Below, one piece after another: positions 1-13,700 of a DNA stretch of 64,000 nt. Both the position numbers and the translations under genes were made by a program. The stretch is from contig OZ176055.1 of assembly GCA_964247055.1 (NCBI GenBank), forward strand, positions 7,502,001 through 7,566,000. The letters run 5' to 3'. The stretch comes from Paragordius varius (Eukaryota; Animalia; Nematomorpha). The notes beneath the pieces were generated by a model. The model was not told the origin of the DNA, searched no databases, and was given only the letters and a program-made list of their open reading frames with translations. How positions within the stretch are numbered: position 1 is the stretch's first letter; each line of letters opens with the position of its first letter.

Positions 1-156
1 ACACAGTTTATATTTTTGGTTCATTTATTCTTTGTAAAGAAAATATTTTTTTATTTAAATACAACATAATTGTTTCAAATAGATCCGAAAACAAGATTAT
101 TATTATTATTATTTAAAAACAACACATTTAAAGCTAGATGATTAGAAATTTTGCAG

Positions 157-3100
157 TTATAAGATAAAATGTTGCGCTTGAACGAAAAATGTATTTTTTG
201 AACTAAAATATGTCATCAGTGAGTAAAAAGTCATTAAAAAAAATATACGTTTACCTAGAAAAAAGATAAATTCATTTTTCGTTCAATTGATATTGAAAGT
301 ATATTTTACCATTGTTGTTCTGGTTATTAGTGGCTGGTGGGTTAGTTGCAATACTTTGACGCTGAGTGGTAGCAGGTGGTCGAGTCGTTTGCCTACCCCC
401 TCCTTGATTGTTATTGCTTACATTATTAACATTATTATTGTTATTGATTTGGCCTGAGGCGACGGCATCTTTTACTTTTTGGGATTTTGCTTCCGAAGGC
501 CAATGCTGTTTATAACAGGCTGGGTCGCAGATTAAAGCACAATCCGCATCATAACTACCACAAAGGCTATCACAATTCGAGTATTTTCTACTGCATAAAT
601 CTGTTGTATTGTGTGTTTGTGCAAAGAATAAATTAAAAAGATAAGATATATTTATGAGTTTTTATGGCAAAGTTGAAATTACCCAAAACAATATGTTTTT
701 GGGAAAACCTTTTTAAATACAGTATGTATTTTAATGGTATCTCTATAGTTGGGCAATTTGCAACACAGTGTGTATGGAAAAAAAAGGAAATATTATTTTA
801 TTCCCCATACCACTGTGTTGCAAATTGCCCAACTATAGTGTAAAATAAGCAACCATTAAAATTCATACTGTAATGCTTCTTTTTTTCATTAGCAACATTT
901 AATATTGTATTGTTCAGCATAAAATAAATAAATAATGCATTAATTAAATTTATAGATTTTACGGGAAAAATAAATTGTCATTACCACAACTTTCCATCAA
1001 TTTTCTTGAATTACAAACGGCATTTTTGGGACAACCATCGCATGAACGGACATTGCTTCTACTGTAAGGCTTTTCCAATGGTGGCATATTACCCCTAATG
1101 CAAAAGGCAAATGCTTTGAATCTTATACATATTAGCACTAATATGTAAAAAAGATTTTTTAAGATTAGAAGCTAGAATATAAAATCATTACGCGGGATAA
1201 TAATTGCATATATAATGAATATTATTTCCACATTTCGCTTTGGCACATCCAAGTAATTTGGTTGAACCCCATACAATCTACAATTATTTGTAATATTTGT
1301 AATTTACAATACAACCGTTGTCGTATAAAAATTAATTCTTACAATACAGTAGTGTATGATTTCCAATTGTTATAACTAAAAAACTTCTTTTCTTACTCTT
1401 AAATCAGCTTGTTATTATTATTGAGCTGGCAATTCCATATGCGTAAATCTTTTACAATATTTTGTTTACTAAATTATTGCTTTGGAAAACCATGTTCCGT
1501 AATTTATTTTTATAGGTTTTTTATAATCAAACTAATTGGAAATTCAATTATAGACATGGTTTTGCATCCGGGGTACTTATGGTGGCCATAATAAAAGAAC
1601 ATCCCTGAGTTTAGTCATATGTTACTACAAATAAGTAAGAGACCTCGACTAAAATACTAAAACAATTAATATGACAAGATCCCATTTTGTGCAAGGCATT
1701 AAACGACAAATAGGTACAAGTTATCATCGCTAAAAACTGGCGTCCTACATTATTTAATGATCCGTCAAAATCAATGCCTGAAAAACATTTACGGTACGCA
1801 TTGCTTTCTAACTAATCTGAAGAAACTGGCTTTTGAAAATCGTTCACTGATAGCAATACATGGTGAACATGCTTTAAAAGATTTAAATGTTGTAATCTAA
1901 ATGTGAAATGCACGCTCTGGTACACCTAGGGTTGTGCTGACCAAGTCGTGACCCGGTCAGTGACCATTTATTTTTTGACCATGGTCATTTAAAAAAACAG
2001 CTGTTTTTTAAAAAAATTGGCGGTAAATTTTTATGGAAGAGAGATAGTATATTGCTTTTTAATAAATTTTTTATTATAAATAAAATATTTAAAGATGCTA
2101 ATAATATATAATTGGTAAACATGCATCCTTATAACATTAGCATTTAAGCATATCCAGTCATTCCGAAAAACAATACAATCAAGCACTTGGCAAAATATGC
2201 AATAATTCCACATATGTGAACCAATAAAATGAAAAAACATTTTATAATTGGATATTTCAATGATGAAAGAAAGTGTAAAACAAGCTAGGTAAAATTTATT
2301 TGAAATATCCAAGATTAAAAGCTATGTATTTCATTAGGCCACAGTGGAAAAATTTATTTGAAAAAAATTGATTAAATTGATTGAAAATATTTTAATTAAT
2401 AAATATCAAAATATGTATAAAACAAATAAGAAAAAATATAATTAGTGAAACGCAAGTGTCATTCGAACATTATTTTCATCCAATATCGCATGATATTTAT
2501 TTATGTAAAAAGTGGTCATGACCACGGTCATGACCATGGTCTGACTGGGTCTGACCGGACTTTTTTGAAAAAGCAGTCAAATGCACAACCCTAGGTATAC
2601 CACACAAGAGGGAGGCGATAATACTCAAAAGATGTTGGATGATGCCCTAATTTGAACCCAATAGCGATTGGTAAAAGGATCACGTGTAGTACAAAAATGT
2701 AGACTATGAGCAATGGAAAAGACCAATAAAATTAGTAAATGGGTGCTACAAATGGACGTCAAATAAAAATCTGAAACTTGTAATCATGCTTAAATATCAG
2801 GAAAGTCAATCATTTTTACACCGAATATCGACGAATGATGAAAAGTGACTTTATTTTGTTATACTAATTCAGTAAATCGGAAAATTAATATCAATTATTT
2901 ATAAATCCAGATGAGATTTTTAATTTTGTATTAAAATGCTTCAAATCATGTCATCTGGATTTAATTAAAATTATTTGATATTAATTTTAATAACTGTACT
3001 TGTTTTTTTAAGCGATAAACGCTAAATACACCTGGTTTATTGGTAAAAACCCTATTCCGTGACCATATTCGAAATTAAAAATATTAGTATTCATTAATGT

Positions 3101-4210
3101 CTATTTTATTGTCAATATTTATCAAAACATGCTCAACTCTAATCTAAATAAAAAATTAAACTAATATTTTAGCACCTTAGTTAATTGTAAAACTAATAAT
3201 TAAAATAATATATAAATTAAAAAATTCTTACCTGTGTGTAATGACCAATGACCCCGGTAGGACTCGATCCATATCTATTAAGCCATATGTTCATGATTAT
3301 TATTTTAAATAATAATTATATTTACACATAACCTTTTCTTATTTAACTCTAAAAATTATCCTCTAAAATATAAAATACCTCATTGTGACTTACCTGAAAT
3401 CCTTAACCTCATCAGCCCATAACTCAATTGAGGCGTTCCAACTCCAATTTTGAGCCCAATTTTGACCACCCGATTCATAATCTAGCATTTTGTTTCACAC
3501 ATATTAGATAATATTTTAATTTTGTAATTATTATACTTTACACAAAAAATCCTGGAAAATATATAAGGTGAACTATAAGGAAAAATACCTTTAACATTGG
3601 GGTAATTTACAAGGCATGTTATAATATACATGCTTTTAATTGATCGAAATAATTTTCAAGCTACATAACTTAAAATAGGAATGAAACGCATCATTTATGA
3701 AATGTACTATTAAAAAAATTCCAGGAAAATGTTGTGACCAACCTTGATGGATATTTTAATATATTTTTCATAACAAACTTGCCTTAATGTTTATAAAAAA
3801 ATACTATTGCTACTGACCTTTAGTTCTTCGATTTGCGTCACTGTCATGTCCTCCACATTGATTAACACCTGCTAAAGCTCTTTCAGCCCCTTCTGGGTAC
3901 CATTTCTAAGTATTAATAAATTTTACCATTAAAAAATTAATAATTTTTTATAATCAAATAATTGAAGTTAATTTGTATACCAATTCAAACATCATATCAG
4001 AGGGTGGTTCAACATTCGCACGAATATTATTATGTAATTCTAGTATTTCCTTTATCTCCTGTTGCGTGGGTATTTGTCCAACTATCACAAAAAATATTTT
4101 TATATAGGTTCTTAAAAAAATGATATTTTTTATTAAGATCCAATACTTGTAAAGCTAAAGGCTAAAACCAGGGAACAAACCGAAAGCCATAAATCTGGTG
4201 TGCACTGCAT
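157..4210 (-). CDS. Secreted CAP-superfamily (SCP/TAPS, CRISP/venom-allergen-like) protein with Cys-rich hinge and CRISP ICR/ShKT-like segment
   Basis: Phase-consistent exons 4210-4147, 4081-3981, 3905-3818, 3481-3394, 3274-3232, 1277-1192, 1094-985, 600-310. A probable last exon lies at 254-157; the alternative is read-through to a stop at 272. Translation gives signal peptide MQCTPDLWLSVCSLVLAFSFT, then ELHNNIRANVEPPSDMMFELKW, GQNWA, WADEVKDF, GHYTQIVWGSTKLLGCA, YICNYYPAGN (canonical CAP motifs), then CDGCPKNAVC, CSRKYSNCDSLCGSYDADCALICDPAC and an N/T/P-rich tail. Confidence 0.92.
718..872. mobile_element. Small foldback/MITE-like palindrome in CAP-gene intron
   Basis: Perfect 28-bp inverted repeat CTATAGTTGGGCAATTTGCAACACAGTG at 743-770 and 811-838, plus outer TACAGTATG/CATACTGTA arms at 718 and 864. 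Confidence 0.7.
1620..2800 (+). mobile_element. Possible highly decayed non-LTR (RTE-like) retrotransposon remnant, interrupted by the hAT MITE
   Basis: Less AT-rich sequence on both sides of the MITE, with stop-riddled translations loosely resembling LINE RT C-termini (RNWLLKIV, GATNGRQIK). Weak. Confidence 0.25.
1927..2593. mobile_element. hAT-type MITE (667 bp)
   Basis: TIR TAGGGTTGTGC at 1927 and GCACAACCCTA ending at 2593. 8-bp TSD GGTACACC/GGTATACC (1 mismatch). Subterminal TGACC/GGTCA repeats; no ORF. Confidence 0.85.
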
Positions 4211-4673
4211 AATTATTAACGTTAAGAAAAAAATGAAAAATAGTATAATACTAATTATGACTTCTCTTTTATAGTGTAAATTTTGAAACGGGTCAATATA
4301 GTTTTTATATATTCATTTCGATAATTTTTCTAAAATTTCCACAATAATTGGAAGTTTTGCTTCATCGGCGAACGTGTGCACTTGTTTTAAATTTAACAAT
4401 AAAAGTGTGCGACCTAATTTTATTTCCAATTATAGATAATGCTGAATAAGGGTAAACCTGAATAAACTATGCCTAATGTATGCTACCACCTTTTTAAAAT
4501 TATAAAGAAAATTGTATCAAAATAGTCAAGTAATATTTTTTGTGAATTTTTATTTAAACAACTTTTGCCGTGCAATCATTTTATCATCCAATGATTTTTA
4601 ATTTTGAATGATCCAAATATCGATTTATCGTGAATGCCATTTTTCTAACCTCATTATTATCAAACTAAACATT

Positions 4674-5088
4674 GGTGAATGTTTAAAACACCTGTGAAAG
4701 CTTTCAAATAATTGATTTTACATAAAAGGGTAAAAATAATATTTATACATGCAAAAAATGAAATCATACCGACAAAATGTAAAAATAATTTTTTTTTTCA
4801 AAAGTCAACATTACTTTATTATACCTATTTTGATCCTATTATATTTATTATAATCATAAGTGATTGTAATACCAATTTACATAACTATTTTATGCAGTTT
4901 GAAACAATCATTATATTTAAAATAACAAGATTTAAAAATTATGTTTGCCTTTTAGAAAAAATATTTGTCTTATTTTTCGTTTTCCGTATTTCAGTTTTCA
5001 CTGTATGTATAGATGTTGTTTTCATTATTTCCTACTGAAATCAATTATTAGAAAGCAAGCTTTCTTATGCGTGTTTTAAACATTCACC
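4674..5088. mobile_element. Foldback/MITE-like element (~415 bp)
   Basis: Perfect 18-bp inverted repeat GGTGAATGTTTAAAACAC at 4674-4691 and 5071-5088, with further imperfect internal symmetry. ORF 4712..5038 is a by-product. Confidence 0.65.
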
Positions 5089-6927
5089 ATTTAAGATGTT
5101 AACTCAGAAAGTCCCATATTTTTTAACCTTCAATGTGCTAGTTTTTTAAAACAAATGCAAAAAGGCCGAGATTTCGCAAAATTTTTTAATGCCAGATCAA
5201 TGGGTTTTACCCGCGGCTCTAAAAGTCTTTTTTATGGCTCTAAATTAAATTGTTGACCTACTTATTTTGAGTATAAATATCTGCAAATGAATAGTGCAAA
5301 CATATGAGATTTTTATAAGCATTATAGGTGCGCAGCCCTTGTAGATAAGAGAAATATTTTACGGCCCTTTAAAATTTTTTGGTTAGTACCATACCACTGT
5401 GCTATGTGATCTAAGAAAACATTTTTTGAAAAAAGGCATACTTTGTTCAAAAATTATTTGTAGACAAATTTTGTTAGAATTAAACTATTTGTTTGTCTTC
5501 AAATTTAGTTTTATTTTTGATTCGTTTAAAATCGTTCAACTTAAAAGTTAATTAATCTCTAAATTAAAATTTTGAGGTGATAGAAATGTTTAACATTATT
5601 GAATTATATATAAAAAGTATTTTTATAATATGTTACAATGTTTTTATAGCGCCACTATGCTTTTAAAATTAGTTATAATTTTCCTATAAATTAAATTTTT
5701 GAACAAATTATCCATTTTTTAGGGAGAACTTATTATGATTTCGAAATTCGGCATACATCTAAAATTATTCCAGCCCAATCCTGGCCTTTTTAACATTTAA
5801 TTAAAAAATGGGGTAACTCCCATAGAGACCGTTTAGATGAAAATCGTTTAAACAAATTAATGGCCTTTAAATATAACTTACAGCATGTTGTTGACACAAC
5901 TAGCTGAAGTTGAGGATGAAATAATTATTGATTGATTTTTTAATGTTGGTTCTATATATTTATAAAAATGGAAAATGCTGGTTTTGTGATTTGTTTCCGG
6001 AAAACCGGTAGACCCATTCAAATCCAAATGTCGAAAAAATATAATCATTACTAAATGCCAGGACAATAGCTTCGACCTTTTTTAAATTAGGCCTTCAGTT
6101 CGGGTCCACCCCGTGTAAAAAACCTAGTTAAGACAAGTAGGGATTGGTAAAGGTACTAAATTTCCAAAATCTTAGACTTTCAAATGGATATGTTCTAGCT
6201 TTTCTGGCCATATATTTTCCAAACTGTGAATTTTTTCACAAGGAAAATTATAATCGAGACATACACATTTAAAATCATCTCAGCGGATTTGTGGTATCGT
6301 GGCTGTAAATTTTTCATAAACTGCCAAACCAAACGTTCAAAATAAAAAATATAAATTGACCTAAGTCATATTTTGACGGCCCCTAGGCCTTTGACCTGGT
6401 CGTTAGATTCCTACTCGTATAAGAGTTAAATCCAAAAGCACCATGATAACCATAATTTTTTAAATCAAAATATTTATATATATTTCACCAGGATATTTAT
6501 ATCTTAATGTGTATAAAATCTACAATATAAATGGTGAACGAAATTACAATTTGGGATACATCAAAATGTTTTAGCTACCAAGACTTGTATCGCTTTTGCA
6601 AAACACTTGAACAAAAACTAAAAAAAGGACTCCTCAAACGTTCAAACTTAACTTATTTTAATTAACATAAACTCATTTAACATCATAACTGCCAATGCTG
6701 AATGTGTTTTTCTAATAAATTTTGAGTAAAATTTATTTTTTAACTATTCATGGAAAAAAAATCAATTAACATATAAAAGGATATTGTATTATCAAATATA
6801 AAAGAGAGAGGTAGGCCATGTAGCTATATTTATCATATGTAGATGTATAAATGTAATAAAAATGTTTTTACAGTATTTCAAAATATGTTTTGTGAAAAAT
6901 TCCAGTATGTAAAAACTCATCGAAAAA

Positions 6928-9900
6928 TTATGCCATAAGTGAAAACATTCTGTTGCTTGTATTGCCACTGTTTTTATAACTGAAATCCAAAGGCTCATCA
7001 TCTGATTCTTTATATTCGCTTTCCACATTCTTATTACTGGAAAAAAGATCATTTTTTGCATGTGTTTTATTATCATTAGGGTTATTCTCATTTAAAGACA
7101 TGTAGGCCCGCCAAATTTCTTTTGTAAATTCAAATGATTTCGCATCTTGATTCATTTTGGCCGTATTTGATTGATCAGTAACTATGTGTTTGATGACCCG
7201 ATTTTTCTTTTTACTGTGTATGGTGTTTTGTAAAATGCTTACATGGTTCTGATTAATTTTGGGTTCTTGAAGTAACGATGTTAAACAACTTTGATCAGCG
7301 CTAAAAGCAACACTAAAAAATCGGTTGTTTAATATATAAAATATATTAATAATCTATTTTTCACATCTCTCTACAAATCTACAAGTGAAAATGTATGTTC
7401 AAAATTCTTTAAGCGTGAATCCAGCTTACATATCCCTAATCCTTTTCCCTCCCGTGATAACATTAATATATACAAAAGCTTATACTACTTAAAATTATCA
7501 GGAGATAATCATGTAATATACTATAGATTGATGGTAAAATTTGTGGTATGTATTGAAATTTTATTATTTAAATTACAATTTTAGTCATATAATATATATA
7601 CTCATTTTTCGGTGGATCTATTTTATTCTGGTGTTGTATTTTATCATTGCCATTCGGATCTTCTGTAGCATTGGTATTCGTTGTATTAATGTAATTTAAG
7701 ATCATATTCTGAAACCAATCGTAGCGTGCTGAATCATTTTCTGCCTTAGATTTTGTTATATCTTTCTCAGAAGCTATAATATTTTTTTGGTTTTCTCTAT
7801 CCCGTCCATCGTCATCAACTGTTTGTCCTGCCACATTTTCGGAATCAAAGTTCGATACTTGGTTACTGCTAACATTATTATTATTGCTTAAGAGACTCTC
7901 TATTAATGGATAGTGACCAGCTAATGGCTAAAATGATAAAAAGTTTTTTTATCGAGCATTTAAAAAATGCGCTTTTTGTAAAACTTTAATTTTATAAAAC
8001 AAATATAAGACCTGAGTTTTAGTAGAATCTTGCATATATTTTTGAAAGAATGAGCTGTAATTTTGTTGCAAAAGAATTTGATATTGATACCAACTTTGCA
8101 TGCCTTAACGTATAGAAAAAAAATTTATGAGAAATGTTACCTAAATATATACATAATAATTAACTCCATTTTATAATAATCAATTTAAAATAGTGTGATA
8201 GTCGAGACTCCTCGGCATCCAAAATAAAAAAATTGTTATGACTAAAAACAGTAATTAAATATAAAATTACGTAAATACAACTTACTTTTGAGCAAATACG
8301 GATTCAATAATTGCGTTTGCCAAGCATTTAGATAACTCTCTGGCGTGGGCTCTATTGTTTCGCTATTTTTCGATACTGTCGCATTAGAGGGTTCATTCAA
8401 ACCTTTAGTCAATGCGGTTGATGTTATGGCTCTTTCAATCGAATTTTCATACAATTTAGTTCGACATGAATTTCCTTCGTTCTTAATACTATTACTATTG
8501 TGTGTGGTAGCATCCAACATTTTAAAATTGGGGTTACTTTCAGCCCGACGACGTTTTCTGCCTCCCTTGTTTGCAGGTCCCAAAAATTTACTCATTTCGA
8601 TATGCATCGAGGAATCCGGCATCATTTGATCCTGAGTGAAATTATCGGGTGATATATTTGTGGATGTATGGATAATGCCATCACTTTGGGATGACGATTT
8701 GCGTTTAATAGATGATGCTAATGTCCTATTTACTTTTTGAATTTTAGTGGTTAGTGGTAATGTTTTTGCATTAAGCATATACTCTTGCATTTTTTCTAGC
8801 GTTAACCCATTAATGTCGGAAGAATGTGGTAACTTACAATTTGGTTCAATAGTAATTTTTTCATTAAGGGGTAGAATAACAGTATCACGTTGTAAATTAT
8901 CGCTTGAAATAGAGCATGTGGACTGGGATATATCAGCCTGGGGTGATGGCATATTATTTGCGTCTGATTCTGAATTTCTATGGGAATTTACAGATTCGTT
9001 TGAAGATTTTGGGGTTACAGACGAGGAAGTTTTTATCGTAAAGTTATTGGTATTTTGATGGTAAAATGTTGGTCCCATAGTTGTTAAACAAAGACCTATT
9101 TCAAAAACACATATTTAAATGTCCTGTTTAAAGATTTTTCTCATTTATAAATTATTTTTATGGCCTTTTATGAGTCATGGAACTACTGGCGCGTTTTAGG
9201 GCACTGTTGTCTAGGTCGATAGAAGCCTTTGGGAGTTTTTTTCTGCAATATTATACTGTTTTAGCAAAATATTATGGCCAAGTTGCAATTAAGTCGGTAA
9301 CGGATTTATTTTTCTAGTAAATTATTAGGCGGTTAAAATTAAAAGCTAGCTAGGGTTTTAATGCCATTATTGTAAAATTCGCCTTCCCTAGTAAAAACCT
9401 TAACATTATAAAACATGCAAAAAATTATAATATTGAAAAAATTCCTTGGTTTTTAAAATTCCAATTTAATGATATACCATTTACAGTTGAAAATTGTTGA
9501 ACAATTCAAATTCACCCGCGAACAATTCCAACCTTGAACAATTCAAATTCGCTCTAAAAATAAATTATGTTTTTGAACTAATATAACTCATTAATATAAA
9601 ATATATCTTTATGGCATAGTTATTTTTCAGGATTATTTTAATTTAAAACAAAATTTTATTTTTTAAAATATACAAAAATATAGGTTTTTACTTAAAAAAC
9701 ATATAATTTATTGAGGGTGAGTTTAAATTGTTCATGGGTGAATTTGTTGTTTAAGGGGGAATTTGAATTGTTAATGGTATATTTCTTGCTATTTAATTTA
9801 ATGATACTATTTTTCGATAAAATAATTTAAATTTCAGAGACAAAAATTTTTAGTTCATACCTTTAACAGCGCGACAAATGGTAGATGTTGAAATTTTATC

Positions 9901-10729
9901 TGCCATCATCTCTAACAAATCTTGTTCATCAATATTGCAATTTGTTATGTTAACATCTTCACACCGTAAAATCAATTGTTCAAGGTCGATTAAGCTTGTT
10001 TCACCATCATTTTGACCTAAAGAAAATTTTTAGGATAAACAAAAAGTTGAATTAAAAAAGCAAAAAAATTATTATTGAATTCATTAATCTGGAAAATTTG
10101 AAATTAGACAAAAACCATTTTTTACCTTTAAAAATTTTGGCCTCAACATTGGTATCATTACCGTTAAATTTTAGATCGTTAGTTCCATTTAAATTACCAT
10201 TTTGATGGATTGAGTTGTTTTGTTCCCATTTTTTATTTGCTTTATGTGACAAATTCAAAATTTCTGGATCTGATGATGATGTTGAAAACAATGTTGTTGT
10301 TGACTGTTTCCGTTCTTTCAAATGTTTTAGCATTAATAATCTCTGTATCTGGGCATAGGTGATATTTGGCCATTTCTCCTTCAGGTCTTTGATGTAAGCC
10401 AAATCTGCTCCACTAATTTTCTTTTGTCGGCCACCGGCATGTGGTTTGGGTGAACAGGAACCCGTATTACAAAACCGTTCCCAAATATTTTTGACCGTTT
10501 GCGTGCTCACACTAAATTGTTCCGCTATGGCTATGTAAGTTCCCGGGAATATACGGGTATGTACATCACCCCCTTGAGCCAACATGAGTGTTATAATGCG
10601 TTGACGGAGGCCTTTATCAATAGCAGATCCACTTGTGTAATTTCGGCCTCTACGATTCGTTTTTTCAGAATAACCCAGAAGATGTAATCCAGATGAGGAG
10701 GTTATAGGGCTTGAAATAGCGGACGACAT
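6928..10729 (-). CDS. Paired-like (IS630/Tc1 transposase-type) HTH DNA-binding protein with long disordered C-terminus; putative transcription factor, ~753 aa
   Basis: Exons 10729-10126, 10016-9861, 9095-8286, 7920-7602, 7300-6928 total 2262 nt (754 codons) with all phases matching; this links four separate ORFs of the track. The N-terminus NRRGRNYTSGSAIDKGLRQRII...IAEQFSVSTQTVKNIWERFCNTGSCSPKPHAGGRQKKI...YIKDLKEKWPNITYAQIQRLL follows the paired-domain pattern. Also ISTSTICRAVK, basic KGGRKRRR and EPLDFS. The exon 4 acceptor (7920 vs 7927) and exon 5 acceptor (7300 vs 7312) are slightly ambiguous. Confidence 0.8.
9472..9782. mobile_element. MITE family A copy 1 (in intron 2 of paired-like gene)
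   Basis: TIR ATATACCATT...AATGGTATAT with subterminal AACAATTCAAATTCACCC-type repeats on both arms; same family as 41199 and 63253. Confidence 0.85.
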
Positions 10730-13700
10730 AAATATATTTATATTTATGAGCTTTAAATGAAAACTTATAAATAGTAAGAGCAGGGCGTCTATGGGTATAA
10801 AAGTTTATATTAATGGGGTATCGAAACGAAAAAAATATAAATGTTCTGATTTAGTATTGGTTAAATGCAATATTTATATAATATGGTTTTGAGGTAAAAA
10901 TTGTTAAAGATTTTCTTTTCATGCAACATTAGTGTGGACAATCACAAAGTCCCTTTTCTTAGCATCATTAGAATTTAAGCAAAAAAAACTTTTTTTTATT
11001 GGATCAATCGAAAATAATTATATATGTACACATATATCAAGCAAAAATATTGCAAAGACCATATATATAAATACACTTAATTTATATTTCTTTTTATAAA
11101 ATATCCCCTACCATGACCACTCAAGCCAAGTCTAGAACAACAGAAAAAGTTTTTTCATGCATAAAACTTCAGAAACATGATGAAACATATATCAATTGTA
11201 TATATCAGGGTAAAGGTATAAAATAAAAAAGTGGACAATTCCTCTGACTCGCAAAGCTCTGCAGAATTCAGCAATATTTTAGCACCTTTGTGCATTTCTT
11301 TTACTTTGAATATATTCTAATGATAAAGGAATGACCATTTATCCCTTCTTTTACCTGTAAATAGCGTGTATAAATAATTGTAGATAAAATAATTGATTTT
11401 AGCATTAATCTGCTTCAACCAACAATGAGGAAAAATTAAGGTATTATATGTAGGGATTTGCGTATATAAAAATGCAATTTTAAATCTCCTTGAAATAAGT
11501 TTTAATTTTTTTTTGGCCAAAAATATATTTTGATTGAACAAATCAGGTGTTCTGCAAAATATCGGTATTGAGTTAATGCCATTTATAATGCACGTAATTT
11601 CAAATAATTTATAGAATCCAATATTTTTTAAAAACTATATTTCACGTTTTTACATTTTTTGTTTTTTTTATTTATGATATTATTTATTAAATAAATATAA
11701 CTTGACCTACAATGCATAATAGATGGTGGTGGTCACTTTTTTTAGGTTTTACAATTATTTTATAATAATATTTTTTTATAGATTGGATTCAATAAAAAAT
11801 CATGTTTTAAAAATATTCCTAACACCTTACCTCAAAAACGTCCACTTTCCTGTCGCGATAAAAAATCATATATTTTTTTATTTTTTTACTAAAATTTTTT
11901 ATACCTGATGAATGGAATGGTCAACCACAATACAAAGCATTAATTTTATTTATAATCAATATTTTGTAATTATTTTAAAAAATCGGGGGCAAACTAACAT
12001 ATTTTTTTTCAAAAATATAATTGGTTCAGTTTTGAAAATAGCATGCCTAAGCGTTAATTAATTATTTCAATAAAAAACAATATACAGATATTTCTTACAC
12101 ATATGCAATTATTCCCGTAATTTCTTTTAATTTTCTCATACACGGGCACAGGTAAAAGAGATTGAACAAAAAGATTTTAGATATGATAAAGGGGGGGGGG
12201 GGGGGGTATTGTTTTTTAATACAACTTTTTTCCCCCAAATTAATCTAATCTAATCATTGTGTGTACCTGTGCAATAATTTTTCAAAACATTCTCTCAGGG
12301 AATAATAAAAAACATAATAATTCTGATTGACCAGTAATTAACCTGCAAATACTAAAACAATTTTTATGTATGATCAATTTTCATTCATGAAAATCTCTGA
12401 TTTTAAGGAAAAAAAACTTTAGAAAAAAATAAGGTCATATTTACTTTTTTTCATGCATCACAAAATGGCTCAACAAAACTAACTGACCATTTAAATAATA
12501 ATAGTGCGAAAAATATATAATAGAGGACTGATTAAACAAAAAACATGATTTGATAATATGTTTCTTGTATGTGGTTTCATTCTTTACTTTTTATAATTTA
12601 TGTGATTGTGTGCTATAAAAATATTTACCTGTCCAATCACGAGAACTAAGTTTTGATATTTTTTGCTGTATACTTATAATATATATATATATAAAGATTG
12701 TAAAAAAGAGTGGACATTACAACACCTTTGCGCGATTTTACTCTGAATGAATAATAGCAATAATAATATTAAAATTTATTAAGGCTAAAAGGTCAACAAT
12801 AATTTATATGATGTGGAATAAGTAAAGGTTTTTTCATTATTCGATAAATTTTTAAGTTAAAAATTATTTTTATTTTTTAAAAAAATATAATTAAAATGAA
12901 TAGTGTCAACCCCCGGGTGTAAGTTTACTAATTTTATAATTAAAATAAAGATCATAGGGCGTTGTTACAATAGAATGGGCAAATATTTCCAGTCTGTTTA
13001 AATTATTCAATAAGTAAGGTATTTAAATAAAATTATAATTACATAACATTGATATATAAATAAATATTAAAAAACACAATCAAATATTATTTGGTCATTT
13101 GATTTTCGGATTTATTTAAAGGTAAAAATTTTGACAATTTGCTAAAGTATTAATTGCTATTTTGACCATGTTTTGTCAAAACTAATACAAGTAGATTTGG
13201 TAACTAAATGTAAGATTTAAAACTGATCAGATTTTTAATTTAAATTGAATTCTAATATAATTAAAACAATCTTAGACTATCTGATTGTAAAACCTTATAT
13301 TATATTTCGAATAAAACAGTATCTTGAATATATTTCAAGTTGTGTTTTTATGGTAAAAAATATTTTCATTTTGTCATGTTTTATAATAACTTGCTAAATG
13401 TTTATTGAAAAAAATAAAAGTTTTACCATATTGTGTGTTCTTTATTAAAAATTTTCCCTATGGTATTTATACCATCCTTTTCTGTACATAAGGATAAAAT
13501 ATGGAAAGTGTATATATAAATTAATTAATTATCAATTATAAACTCATATTTTACTAATGGGCAATGACCTTTTATAAATACCTACTTTATACTTGTGGTG
13601 ATTGAATTTTATTTTAGTGTTAACGGACACCATTTTGATACTGGTATGTTTCAAGATAAGTAATCTAATTATATATGTATGTACTTAATATTTTAATTAC

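Noticed and set aside
6928-10729. Active Tc1/mariner transposon or canonical Pax gene
   Set aside because: No DDE domain, TIRs or TSD were found, and Pax signature residues are absent.
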